The notes under the pieces are model-generated. The model had not been told where the DNA came from and did not search any database. It was given only the letters and a program-made list of their open reading frames with translations. The translations under genes and the position numbers were made by a program. Shown piece after piece: positions 10,701 through 20,502 of a DNA stretch of 64,000 bases (its first letter is position 1; each line of letters opens with the position of its first letter). This stretch comes from Myxococcales bacterium (GTDB lineage: Bacteria; Myxococcota_A; Polyangia; Polyangiales; DASUME01), in assembly GCA_047601445.1 (NCBI GenBank), contig JASGJH010000001.1, positions 3,072,001 through 3,136,000 on the forward strand, read 5' to 3'.

Positions 10701-11297
10701 CTATTCCGGGACCCAGGCGGAGATCCGACCCGGTGGGCTGAGGTCGCCGTCGGTGACGGCCTTCAGCGGCAAGTCGCGGATCATGCTGGACTTGAGCCCT
10801 CCGCTAGGCCGTGAGGGAAAGTCGGCGCCGTGTAGGCGCAGCTCATAGACCACACACGAGACGCTGTCGCCGGTGAAGAAGTCCGTGCAAGCGTTCTCGT
10901 AGTAGGAATGCTCGAAGATGGGACTCACGTAATCCACCTGGGCGTGACCAGGCAGGGCGCGGGCCGGATAGACGACCACGTAATAGTCGCCCGAAGGTAA
11001 GGTGAGCCCTGCATTGAAGATCCCGGTGCCCTGGCTATCGCTCCCACTGGCAGCATGGGGATCCGACGCGAAGACCTGATAGCCGCTCCAGCTGCTGCTC
11101 GAGAAGAAGTAGTGCCGCAAGTACCCCGGAGATTCCTCGATGGGTTTGCCCGAGGCGTCCACGGGGACGAACGCAATCATGGTGTTCTCACCGGTATCGA
11201 GCGGGTTCCCCTGTGAGTCCGCGACGTATCCGCTCGTGCAACCGACTCCCAAAACGACGAACGCGATCCAAGCGACAGCCCGAATCAAGCTGGACAT
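10701..11297 (-). CDS. Hypothetical lipoprotein
   Basis: MSSLIRAVAWIAFVVLGVG-C lipobox-like signal; fills the gap between convergent neighbours. Confidence 0.65.
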   Translation of the reverse strand: MSSLIRAVAWIAFVVLGVGCTSGYVADSQGNPLDTGENTMIAFVPVDASGKPIEESPGYLRHYFFSSSSWSGYQVFASDPHAASGSDSQGTGIFNAGLTLPSGDYYVVVYPARALPGHAQVDYVSPIFEHSYYENACTDFFTGDSVSCVVYELRLHGADFPSRPSGGLKSSMIRDLPLKAVTDGDLSPPGRISAWVPE

Positions 11298-11549
11298 GGT
11301 GCAGCACCCCTGGCTGAGGCACGTGACGAGGCGACGGCATCGAACTCGACGCGCCTCTCGCGCGGTTCGACGCCACCTGATGTAAGCGCGCCCGCAGCGA
11401 ACGGATTGCTGCTCACGCGTTTTTTTGCGCCCCGCGCCGATTCTCTCGGGCACCGACGGTGTGCACGCAGGCTTGCCCCACGCGTGTCGTTTGTGGGTGC
11501 GGATGGCCGTAGGCAGAGAGTGCGAAATGCTGACGTGGGCCCGCGCGGG

Positions 11550-12737
11550 TCAGATCACGTTGGCCGCGCGCAGCGCCGCTCGCTCCGCCTCCGAGATACC
11601 CAGCAGTTCGCCGTAGACCTCGTCGTTGTGCGCCCCCAGCGGCGGCCCGATCCATTCGGTGGCGCCCGGCGTGGCGCTCAGCTTGGGCACCACCGCCGGG
11701 ATCTTGAGCGGGCGACCATCGGGCAGCGTGACCTGCTCGAACATGTTGCGCGCCAGGTACTGAGGGTCCTGCGTGATATCGGCGATGCTGAGGATGGGCC
11801 CCGCCGGCACCTCCGCCACCTCCAGCACTCCGAACACATGCGCGTAGTCGTGCTGGCTGGTGAACGCTTCGATGGCAGCATCGATCTCCGCCTCGTGCGT
11901 GACGCGCCCCGGGTTGTGTGCGAGCCGTGGATCGCTGGCGAGATCGGCGCGCCCGATGGCCTGCATCAGACGCTGGAAGATGCTGTCACCGTTGCCGCCG
12001 ATGATCACGTACTTGCCGTCGCGGCAGCGATAGGTGCTACTCGGTACGATGCCCGCGAGCTTGGGCCCCGAGCGCTCGCGGACCTTGCCGTAGAAGTCGT
12101 ACTCCGGCAGCAGGCTCTCCAGCATGTTGAACACACTCTCGTAGATCGCCGTGTCCACCATCTGGCCGAGACCCGTGCGCTCGCGGTATTGCAGCGCCGT
12201 GAGGGCGCCGATCACCGCGTGCAACGCCGCGATGGAGTCCCCGATGCTGACCCCGGTGCGGACGGGCGGACGGTCTGGCTCCCCGATCAGATAGCGAAGG
12301 CCGCCGATACCCTCCGCGACGCTCGCGAACCCCGGACGCTCAGCGTAGGGCCCCGTCTGTCCCCAGCCCGACACGCGCACCATGATCAGGCTCGGTTGAA
12401 GCCGGGCGAGCTCCTCGTAGCCGAGCCCCCACTCCTCCATGCGTCCAGGCCGAAAGTTCTCGATCACGATGTCGCACTTGCGGATGAGGTCGCGCAGCAG
12501 ATCCTTGGCCTGAGGCTTGCGCAGGTCGAGCGTGACCGACTTCTTGTTGCGCGCGATGCCGTACCACCAGAGCGACGTGCCCTCGTGGAGCATGCGCCAG
12601 CTGCGCATGGGATCGCCCGTCACCGGCGGTTCGACCTTGATCACCTCGGCCCCGAAGCTCGCCAGCATGGAGCCAGCGAAGGGACCGGCGATGAGCTGCC
12701 CGAGTTCGAGCACGCGCACACCCTCGAGTGCTTTCAT
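11550..12737 (-). CDS. CaiB/BaiF family III CoA-transferase
   Basis: LEGVRVLELGQLIAGPF, GAEVIKVEPP, RNKKSVTLDL, ENFRPG, SGWGQTGP, SIGDSIA, PPLGAHN. Confidence 0.95.
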   Translation of the reverse strand: MKALEGVRVLELGQLIAGPFAGSMLASFGAEVIKVEPPVTGDPMRSWRMLHEGTSLWWYGIARNKKSVTLDLRKPQAKDLLRDLIRKCDIVIENFRPGRMEEWGLGYEELARLQPSLIMVRVSGWGQTGPYAERPGFASVAEGIGGLRYLIGEPDRPPVRTGVSIGDSIAALHAVIGALTALQYRERTGLGQMVDTAIYESVFNMLESLLPEYDFYGKVRERSGPKLAGIVPSSTYRCRDGKYVIIGGNGDSIFQRLMQAIGRADLASDPRLAHNPGRVTHEAEIDAAIEAFTSQHDYAHVFGVLEVAEVPAGPILSIADITQDPQYLARNMFEQVTLPDGRPLKIPAVVPKLSATPGATEWIGPPLGAHNDEVYGELLGISEAERAALRAANVI

Positions 12738-12789
12738 AGCCCTTTCCTAGCGCGCGAGACGGCGTTATACGAGGGAAAGCGAGGCAAAC

Positions 12790-13911
12790 TTGGCGCATGG
12801 TTCTCGGAGCAAGCGCTCTCAAATCTCGGAAAAACGTCGACATCGACCGGGCACTGCGCCCGGTACCCTGGTGGCTCCCCCGGGCGCGCCAAAGCCCGTC
12901 GTTCGTGTGCTTTCCTACGGCAGCGACGACTGCCACGAGCAAGAGGTGAAGAGCGTCGAGCAACTCGCAGCCATGCGCACGGAAGGTCGCGGCCTGTGGG
13001 TGGATGTGCAGGGCGTGGGCGACGCCGAGATGATCGGCCAGATCGGGGACTTGTTCGGCTTCCACATGCTGTCCCTGGAGGACGTGCTCAACCTGCACCA
13101 GCGACCCAAGGTGGAGGCCTTCGACCACTACATCTACTGCGTGCTGCGCATGCCCGAGTTCGGCGTGCCGCTGCGGCTCGAGCAGATGAGCGTGTTCTTC
13201 GGCAAGGACTTCGTGGTCACCTTTCAGGAAGACCCGGGAGACCCGCTCGACCCGGTGCGCGAGCGCCTGCGCCACAACCGCGGGAAGATCCGCGGCTACG
13301 GCCCGGATTACCTGGCCTACGCCATCATCGACGCCATCGTCGACCACTATTTTCCAGTGCTCGAGTCCTTCGCCGATCGCATCGACGAGCTCGAAGAAGA
13401 CGTGCTGAGTGCGAGCACTCCGAACGTGCTCAGCATGCTGCAGGACATCCGCCGCGATCTCCTGCTGCTGCGCCGCGCAGTGTGGCCGCTGCGCGAGATG
13501 ATCGGCACCTTGGCGCGCGACGAGTGCGAGGTGCTGGTGTCCGACAAGATCCGCCCCTACCTGCGCGACTGTCAGGACCACGCGGCGCAGCTCACCGACG
13601 TGCTCGAGAACTGCCGCGAGCTCTCCACAGCGCTGATGGATGCCTATATCTCCAGCGTCGCGCTGCGCACCAACGAGGTCATGCGGGTACTCACCATCAT
13701 GTCCACCATCTTCATCCCGCTGACTTTCATCGCCGGCATCTACGGGATGAATTTCGATCCGAGCACGTCTCCGCTCAACATGCCGGAGCTGCAGTGGTAC
13801 CTCGGCTACCCGTTCGCGCTCGCCACCATGGCCATAACCGCAGTGGTCCTGGTGTTCTTCTTCCGGCGCAAGGGCTGGCTCGGCACCACCAAACCCCTCA
13901 CGCGGCGCTGA
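12790..13911 (+). CDS. corA: Magnesium/cobalt transporter CorA
   Basis: PGTAPGTL, LEDVLNLHQRPKVE, FIPLTFIAGIYGMNF (GMN signature), MPEL, two C-terminal TM helices; GAGG upstream of TTG. Confidence 0.96.
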   Translation: MAHGSRSKRSQISEKRRHRPGTAPGTLVAPPGAPKPVVRVLSYGSDDCHEQEVKSVEQLAAMRTEGRGLWVDVQGVGDAEMIGQIGDLFGFHMLSLEDVLNLHQRPKVEAFDHYIYCVLRMPEFGVPLRLEQMSVFFGKDFVVTFQEDPGDPLDPVRERLRHNRGKIRGYGPDYLAYAIIDAIVDHYFPVLESFADRIDELEEDVLSASTPNVLSMLQDIRRDLLLLRRAVWPLREMIGTLARDECEVLVSDKIRPYLRDCQDHAAQLTDVLENCRELSTALMDAYISSVALRTNEVMRVLTIMSTIFIPLTFIAGIYGMNFDPSTSPLNMPELQWYLGYPFALATMAITAVVLVFFFRRKGWLGTTKPLTRR

Positions 13912-14043
13912 ATCGTTCGCCTCTCCTGGTCTGGGATGTGCGCCCGCGTGCCGGCGCAAACGCCCGCGACTTGTCGGCGAAACGGGCTCACTCTGAGGAT
14001 TGGGGGCGCCCGAAGTCCGGCGAGCCTCGCAGGAGGTCCACCA

Positions 14044-14670
14044 ATGAATGCGCTGAGGAGCTCGAGCTACATCTTCGCTCTTCTGATCACGGCTGGCGGG
14101 GCTGCCATCGGCTGCGGTAGCGACAACAACGACAACAACAACCCAGCCAACGGCGATGGTGACGCCGGCGGAGGCGACGGCGATGGCGCGGTACCGCCCA
14201 GCTACGAGCTCACGGGAACGGTGGCGCCGGTGCCAGGGACCGCGCCTGCCAACCAGTGCCAGGAGGGCGTGGACCATCGCGCCAGCGGCATGTGCTACGG
14301 CTTTTTCTGCGGCACCAACAGCAACTCCATCAAGGCGGGCCTGACGCCCGGCGCGGTGTGCGGCAGCGATCCCGAGGTGTGGATCGCCTGTGACGGTGAG
14401 GCCACCCGCACCGTGGCCACCTGCGCCCGAGAGAACGCCACCATGCCCGACTTCAACGCTTCGACCAAGGCCTGCGCCCGTCGCAACACCAAGCTCGACG
14501 TCGTCGATGACGCCTGCCTGGATTGCTACATCGCCTCGGCCCTGTGCGCGCGCGACAAGTGTCTCGTCGAGTGTCTCTCGGGCGACAGCGTGGAGTGCGA
14601 TACCTGCCGCGAAGATCAGGGCTGCACCCCCGGCTATTACACCTGCGGCGGCTTGCCGGATCCGCAGTAG
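14044..14670 (+). CDS. Cys-rich lipoprotein of unknown function
   Basis: AGGAGG SD; lipobox AIG-C; N/GD-rich linker; 16 further Cys. Confidence 0.85.
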   Translation: MNALRSSSYIFALLITAGGAAIGCGSDNNDNNNPANGDGDAGGGDGDGAVPPSYELTGTVAPVPGTAPANQCQEGVDHRASGMCYGFFCGTNSNSIKAGLTPGAVCGSDPEVWIACDGEATRTVATCARENATMPDFNASTKACARRNTKLDVVDDACLDCYIASALCARDKCLVECLSGDSVECDTCREDQGCTPGYYTCGGLPDPQ

Positions 14671-14785
14671 TCGCTCGGGCGCCCCGCGCCGCGGTCCAGG
14701 GCAGCGCAGAGGGTACCGTTCACATGACGACGCCGCCGGCCCCAGGGCTCGACGGCGTCGTTCAGTCGACCTGCTTGGCGCGCGC

Positions 14786-16360
14786 CTAGAACTTGACGTT
14801 GCCCTGCAGCGAGACGATGTCCTGTCGCGCGCGGAACGTCCCTTCGTTGACTGGCTGGGCCGGTACGTCGTTCGGCGGCTGCGCCGGGATGGCGGCGATC
14901 TCGGGGACCTTGCCACCGGCCACGGGCGCATTCACCTTGCCGTAGAACAGGTGGGCGTAGGCGAGCGTGAGCTTCACCATGCTGCCGACCATCACCGACG
15001 CGCCGAGGTGCAAGCCCACCTTCTGTTGGACGAAGTAGTCGAGGTTCATGTACGGCGAGCGCACGGCGCTCGACTCGTAGGAGAAGCCGGCGCGCAGCGA
15101 GAGCAGCGCCGGGATCACGTTGTAGTCACCGCCGACCCGGAAGCCGTAGACGTTGCGCCAGTTGTGGGGAATGTTGGCGTTGGCGGGCAAGGCCACCGCG
15201 GCTCCCGTAGGGTCCGAGGAGAAGTTGATCTTCGCCAGGTCGTTCGGGTTGCCCGCGTCGTAGAGCGTTAGCCGATAGTTGTTCACGTTGGCGGTGTTGA
15301 CGAAGTACGCGTCGAGCTCGACGTCGCCGACCTCGTCGCGCATCGGGTCGAACTTGGTGCCGTGGGTATGGCCGCGACGAACGATGCCATAGCGCCCACC
15401 GAGATAGACCTCCACGCGCTGGTACGGGACCTTGAGCGTGATGTCGTTCACGCGGCAATGGGGCCCGGGCATGGTGCTCTTGCAATCGCCTCGGGGCGCC
15501 CCCTGAATGCCGTTGGCCTGGGCGTCGAGGTGGCCGCTGGCGTTGATGTCCCCGTTGACGGTGACCTGGGCCATGATGTCCAGCGAGTCGATGGGCGAGC
15601 CGACGACGCTGAAGGTGGCGCGCGGTACGAACCAGTCCTTGACGTGAACCTGCGCCAACACTTCGGGATCGAGGAAGGTACTCCCTTGCACCGAGGACAC
15701 GTTCTTGAAGTTCACGTCGGCGAAGCCCGCGCCGAGGCTCACGCCCACGCGCAGCTCGGGCATGATCTGGTAGCCCACACCCGCCATCAAGAAGGCCGCC
15801 AACACGTTGCGTTCGAGCAAGAGCGCGCGGTTGGCCGACTCGGTGCCCGACGTCGTGATCGGGTATTGCTCGTTCGGCCGCGGATTCTGCGTGACGATGG
15901 TGTCGTCGCCGAACTTGAGCTTGGCCACGCCGGAGGGCGTGAAGAGACCGACGCCGAAGCCGAGCCCGTTATCGAAGGACATCGCGTAGCCGAGATTTCC
16001 GGTGGGAAAGACCTTGGTCTCGTTGCAGACCTTGTTGAAGGACTCGACGGCCTTGTACTCCTTGTCGGGATTCCGTGCGCGGTCGAAGCAAGCGTTCATG
16101 ATCGGCAGCCGCAGCTCGCCGCCCACGTCGCGCTTGTCGATCACGGCGAGGTTCGCGGGGTTCTGCCAGGTGGCCATGAAATCGCGCACGTTCACGTAGT
16201 TGGCGGCGCGTCCCAGCGCGATGCTGCCCGCAGGCGCGTCTTCCACACCGGCAGCCTGCGCTCGCGCGGCAAGCCCCAGCACGGCTGCAGACAACAGCGC
16301 GCCCCTCGCCCTGCGAGCGAAGCCGTGCTTCGCGCGCAGCGCCTTACGATCCCTCGCCAT
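14786..16360 (-). CDS. OmpP1/FadL/TodX-family outer-membrane transporter of hydrophobic compounds
   Basis: Signal peptide ending AQA; hatch motif ALGRAA...WQNPANL; WRNVYGFRVGGDY...LRAGFSYE; C-terminal beta-signal Phe. Confidence 0.8.
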   Translation of the reverse strand: MARDRKALRAKHGFARRARGALLSAAVLGLAARAQAAGVEDAPAGSIALGRAANYVNVRDFMATWQNPANLAVIDKRDVGGELRLPIMNACFDRARNPDKEYKAVESFNKVCNETKVFPTGNLGYAMSFDNGLGFGVGLFTPSGVAKLKFGDDTIVTQNPRPNEQYPITTSGTESANRALLLERNVLAAFLMAGVGYQIMPELRVGVSLGAGFADVNFKNVSSVQGSTFLDPEVLAQVHVKDWFVPRATFSVVGSPIDSLDIMAQVTVNGDINASGHLDAQANGIQGAPRGDCKSTMPGPHCRVNDITLKVPYQRVEVYLGGRYGIVRRGHTHGTKFDPMRDEVGDVELDAYFVNTANVNNYRLTLYDAGNPNDLAKINFSSDPTGAAVALPANANIPHNWRNVYGFRVGGDYNVIPALLSLRAGFSYESSAVRSPYMNLDYFVQQKVGLHLGASVMVGSMVKLTLAYAHLFYGKVNAPVAGGKVPEIAAIPAQPPNDVPAQPVNEGTFRARQDIVSLQGNVKF

Positions 16361-16510
16361 GCGTTCCCCCCGTCGCAGTGATCCAGGAGGTCAACTACCC
16401 GACGCTCCTGATTCAATCACCATGACGTCACCCAGCACAGGATGCTAGCGACTGCGCACGCAGGCGACGCACTTCGCGCGGACACGAACTCCCGACGGGG
16501 GACGCCGCGA

Positions 16511-16912
16511 TCAGGCGTTGTCTTCGCTCGAGGAAGGGTCGATCTCGTGTTCGAGATCGAGGATGAGCTGCGCGATCGACGGCGCCAACAGCGCCTCCTC
16601 GGCAACCGGGGAAATGCTGGCTTTCAGCCCGTCGCGCGCCAGCTGTGGCAACAACTGGTCGAGCAGATCGTCGAGCGGGATCTCGGCGGCTTCGTAACCC
16701 TGCCAGGGACCCTTGGCGCTGCGCTCCGCGCCCTCGCGCTCCGCCCAAAGTGGAAAGGTCGTTAGACCTTTCTCATCCCGTGAGAGAGCCCACCCATCGC
16801 GATACAAGCCCCACACGAGCTTGTTCTCCACTGCCAACTTCAGGAACTGCCGGTAGCGCACTTTGGGATCTCGCTTGGTTGCCACCTTGGGCTCCTGCGT
16901 GCCGACTCTCAT
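16511..16912 (-). CDS. DUF2750-like protein
   Basis: RYRQFL...VWGL...GWA...FPLW...W..Y.A.EIPLDDLLDQLLPQL pattern; GGGG SD before ATG 16912. Confidence 0.75.
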   Translation of the reverse strand: MRVGTQEPKVATKRDPKVRYRQFLKLAVENKLVWGLYRDGWALSRDEKGLTTFPLWAEREGAERSAKGPWQGYEAAEIPLDDLLDQLLPQLARDGLKASISPVAEEALLAPSIAQLILDLEHEIDPSSSEDNA

Positions 16913-17093
16913 GTCGCCCCCTGGGGTAGTGATTGCGCCAAGCCTACACAGATCTGGTCGGCTTGCACGCACGCACTCGCACTGGCTCCGCGCTTGGTAA
17001 CAGAGCGGAGACGCCCACGTTGCAGGAAGTGCCGGCTGGCCTCATATCCCCCAAGGCACGCTCGACTAGCGAGCGATGAGGTGAGAAGGGCCA

Positions 17094-18704
17094 ATGACCA
17101 TCACGAGTTCGAGCCAATCGCCAGTTTCAGCAATGAACTACGTGGCCGAAGGTACGGTCGACGACTCCGAAACGACACGTGACTTTCGCGACAAAATCAC
17201 CGAGTTCGTGATTCGCCACCGCTGGGCCAGCGTGGTCCCCGTGGTGCTGCCGCTCTCCAAGGTCTACGACACGTACTGGCAGCTGCGGCACGTCACGATC
17301 CGCAATCTCACGCGCCAAGTGGAGAAGCACGACTCCCGCGTGGCCGAGGTGAGCGCGCAGATCAAGCGCTGGATCGCGGCCGGCAAGCCGGGGCTCCTGC
17401 ACACCTCGCGCAAGAGCTGGCAGAGCGTTTCGGTACGCGCCATCGAATACAAGAAGAATTCCCCGAGCGGCATCGACGTTGACCTGCACGACATCCTCGA
17501 GCTCGACACCGAGCGCCGAACGGTGCGTGTGGAGCCGCGGGTCAACATGGCCCAGCTGACGGCCTTCTTGGCGCCCCGTGGTTGGACCGTGCCGGTGGTC
17601 CCCGAGCTCGACGACCTCACGGTGGGCGGGCTCGTCCTCGGATACGGCATCGAATCCTCTTCCCACAAGTACGGCCTGTTCGCGGACACCGTGAGGGCCA
17701 TGGAAGTGGTGCTCGGCGATGGGCGCGTGGTGCGCGCCACGCCCCAAGAGCACGCGGACCTGTTCTACGCGCTGCCGTGGAGCTACGGCGGACTCGGCAT
17801 GCTCACCGCGGTCGAACTGCCCATCATCCCGTGCAAGCCCTACGTCAAGCTCACCTACGTCCCGGTCAAGAGCCAGGCGGAGGCGTGCAGCGTGTTCGGC
17901 GAACTGGTCTGCCGCGAGAACCCGCCCGAGTTCGTCGACGCCCTGCTGTACACCAAGGACACCGGCGTCATCGTGGTGGGTGATTTCGCGGACCTGCCGC
18001 CGGGCGAAAAGCCCAACCGCATCGGAAACTACTACAAGCCCTGGTTCTACAAGCACATGGAGAGCTTCCTCGAGAAGGGGGAGGCCACCGAGTACGTCCC
18101 GCTGCGAGACTACTACCACCGCTACACCCGCAGCCTGTACTGGCACGGTGAGCTCCTGGTCCCGATCGGGAATCACCCGCTCTTCCGCTACACGCTCGGT
18201 TGGTTGATGCCGCCCAAGGTGTCGCTGATGCGACTCACTCAGACCAAGCGCATGCGCAAGTTCCGCGACGAGCGCAACGTGGTGCAGGACGCCCTGCTGC
18301 CGCTGCGCTTCCTCTCGGAGTCCATCGACATGTTCCACCAGGAATTCGAGTGCTACCCGGTCTGGCTCTGCCCACACAAGGTCTTCAAGACCCAGCCCCA
18401 GGGCGCGCTCAAGCCCTCGCTCCCGGGCGGCGACGAGATGTTCGTCGACGTGGGCGTGTGGCAGGTGCCCGGCTTCGTGAAGCGCAAAGAAAAGTGGAAT
18501 GGCCGCGTGGCGGTGAAGCGCATGGAAGCCTGGCTACGCGCACACCATGGCTATCAGTGTCTGTACGCCGTGACCGAACAGACGCGAAAGCAGTTCTGGG
18601 AGATGTTCGACGGCACGCTCTATCACAAGGCGCGCAAGACCTACGGCGGCGAGGGTGCGTTCATGGACGTGTTCGACAAAGTGAAGCGCCCCGAACAGGC
18701 CTGA
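17094..18704 (+). CDS. Delta(24)-sterol reductase-like FAD oxidoreductase (DHCR24/DWF1 family)
   Basis: VPELDDLTVGGLVLGYGIESSSHKYGLF, LFYALPWSYG, EYVPLRDYYHRYTRSLYW, FRYTLGWLMPPKVSL, YPVWLCP, FWEMFDGTLY; alternative start 17133. Confidence 0.88.
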   Translation: MTITSSSQSPVSAMNYVAEGTVDDSETTRDFRDKITEFVIRHRWASVVPVVLPLSKVYDTYWQLRHVTIRNLTRQVEKHDSRVAEVSAQIKRWIAAGKPGLLHTSRKSWQSVSVRAIEYKKNSPSGIDVDLHDILELDTERRTVRVEPRVNMAQLTAFLAPRGWTVPVVPELDDLTVGGLVLGYGIESSSHKYGLFADTVRAMEVVLGDGRVVRATPQEHADLFYALPWSYGGLGMLTAVELPIIPCKPYVKLTYVPVKSQAEACSVFGELVCRENPPEFVDALLYTKDTGVIVVGDFADLPPGEKPNRIGNYYKPWFYKHMESFLEKGEATEYVPLRDYYHRYTRSLYWHGELLVPIGNHPLFRYTLGWLMPPKVSLMRLTQTKRMRKFRDERNVVQDALLPLRFLSESIDMFHQEFECYPVWLCPHKVFKTQPQGALKPSLPGGDEMFVDVGVWQVPGFVKRKEKWNGRVAVKRMEAWLRAHHGYQCLYAVTEQTRKQFWEMFDGTLYHKARKTYGGEGAFMDVFDKVKRPEQA

Positions 18705-18744
18705 TTCGCGCCCTTTCACGGATCGCAAACAGCCCGCTCCTCCA

Positions 18745-18776
18745 CGCGAGCGCACGCTCGCACACGTGCGCTCGCG
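18745..18776. repeat. Perfect 12-bp hairpin (REP-like or terminator-like) after the sterol reductase gene
   Basis: CGCGAGCGCACG (18745-18756), 8-nt loop, CGTGCGCTCGCG (18765-18776); no U-tract. Confidence 0.7.
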
Positions 18777-18913
18777 CCGAGCACGCGAATCCGCCGCGGA
18801 GAAGCCGCCAAAGTTGCGAGTCCCTTCTTGCGAGTGGTCGCCTGGGTGGCACATGTGATGAGGCTCCCGGGAGTCCAGGCTTGGAGCGCTTTCAGCGCGG
18901 GCAAGGAGGCGCC

Positions 18914-19657
18914 ATGGCAAAGGTTCGCATCGAAGACGGTTGGTTGGACGTGCGAGTGAGCTGGCTCGAGCGCGTCCTGCTCTCCGAGAAGGCCCGCCAT
19001 GTTCCTCTTTCGAGCGTCGAATCCGTGAACCCGCACCCTGCCCTGCTCGACATGCTGCTGTACTGGACCGATCAGCGTGGTGTCTGGCTGGGCGGCGCCA
19101 CCAAGTACGAGGGCTACCTGGTTCCAAGCACGCGCAATCCCAACAACACCATGTCCATCCAGGTGGCCGGTGAACAACCCTGGTACGTGGAGCTCGACGA
19201 TCAAGAGCCCGTGGCAGTGGCCGCCGAGATCGAGCGCTGCCTCGGCCCGCGCGTGCGAGCGCCCACGCCGTCGCAAGCGACCCGGGTGCTGCAAGCCCAC
19301 GCGCGACGAACCCAGGGTGTGGTCGTGGCGACCGCGCAGAGCGAGCTCGAAGACGACGATTGGGACGAGGAGCTTCCGATGTCCCGGCAGGAGTCCTCGC
19401 GGCGCGACAGCGGCGCATCACCGCTCGAGACTCAAGGCGAGCCCAGCCCCTCGCGTCTGCGTCTACGGCTCCACGAGGATCGCGACGTGTCTCGCCTCGG
19501 TGGCTGGCTGCTGGCTACCGGCGCCTTCGGCGTGCTGGCGGGCACGACCATCGTGGCAGCCGGGCATTTGCCTGGTTTGTTGGCCGTGGGGGCCGGACTG
19601 GCCTGCGCCATCATGGGGGGCTTGGCGCTCGCTCTGGTGGCTCATCACCAGGGCTGA
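18914..19657 (+). CDS. Hypothetical membrane protein (N-terminal beta-rich, PH-like domain; acidic linker; two C-terminal TM helices)
   Basis: AGGAGG SD before ATG 18914; hydrophobic hairpin at C-terminus. Confidence 0.75.
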   Translation: MAKVRIEDGWLDVRVSWLERVLLSEKARHVPLSSVESVNPHPALLDMLLYWTDQRGVWLGGATKYEGYLVPSTRNPNNTMSIQVAGEQPWYVELDDQEPVAVAAEIERCLGPRVRAPTPSQATRVLQAHARRTQGVVVATAQSELEDDDWDEELPMSRQESSRRDSGASPLETQGEPSPSRLRLRLHEDRDVSRLGGWLLATGAFGVLAGTTIVAAGHLPGLLAVGAGLACAIMGGLALALVAHHQG

Positions 19658-19688
19658 CACGCTTGCCCGAGCGGGTATGCTCGGAGCC

Positions 19689-20466
19689 ATGAAAGCTCCC
19701 TGGCGTCGAATCCCCGGTTTGGCTCAGCTGCGCGCTCGCCCTCGCCTGCAGCGCCTGTCGCTCGGACCCAACGCACACGCCGCCCCCACCGCCCCTGCCC
19801 GTGGCGCCACCGCCCTCGGTCCCCAGCCCGACGCCGGAACCCGCTTCGGAGACGCCTCAGGCGACCCGCACCACCGGCGGGTCCAACACGGTCGCGTCCG
19901 GGGACGGCAAGGGAGAGCCACACGCACCCAAGCACGAAGCCACCGCGGGAGCGAAGCACACGGGAAATTCCCTCTACGACCTGGCGAAGCGCGGCGAAGC
20001 GACGTTGCCTACGACCGCGCCTGCAGCATCGCCCACGCCCACGCCCACGCCGCCGCCCGTCGCCCCTCCGGCGCCCGTTCCAAGCGCGCCTGCGCCTGCG
20101 CCGAGCGCACCGAAGGGCAAGGTGACCATCCCGAGCACCGAGCACGTGCGGGTCGATGTGCCCGCGGGTTTGCAGGCCGCGCTCGACGCGGACCCACGCA
20201 TGCAGCCCTGGGCCAACAAGGTGATCAGCGTGATCGACGGCTGCTACGCGGGAGAGCGCAACAGCAACAAGAGCGCGGCTGGCACCATCAGCGTGCTCGT
20301 AACGATGCACTCCGAGAGCCGCCCCGACGCCGACATCAAGTCCTTGCCGTCTGCGCTCTCGGGCGTGGTGGCCTGCGCCACGGGTGGCCTCATGCGCACC
20401 AAGATGCCGCTGTTCACGGGCAAAGAAGGCGAGAAGCACACGCTGAACATCCGCTTCACGCAGTGA
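19689..20466 (+). pseudogene. Pro-rich lipoprotein with C-terminal AgmX/PglI(TonB-C)-like domain; apparent +1 frameshift at codon 2 (possibly a sequencing error)
   Basis: Deleting one A from ATGAAAG (19692-19694) gives MKLPGVESPVWLSCALALACSA-C in frame with ORF 19801-20466; CTGACA-N16-TATGCT lies 7 nt upstream of ATG 19689. Confidence 0.65.
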
Positions 20467-20502
20467 GCCGAACGGCCGTCTCACGCCGTGAAGCGGTGGG
20501 GT

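Noticed and set aside
11406..14931. Very long ORFs 11406-14120(+) and 12340-14931(-), and similar ones such as 36024-37880, 42014-43726 and 48663-50471
   Set aside because: Antisense or off-frame shadows of clear genes; stop-poor because of high GC; Arg/Ala/Gly-rich with no motifs
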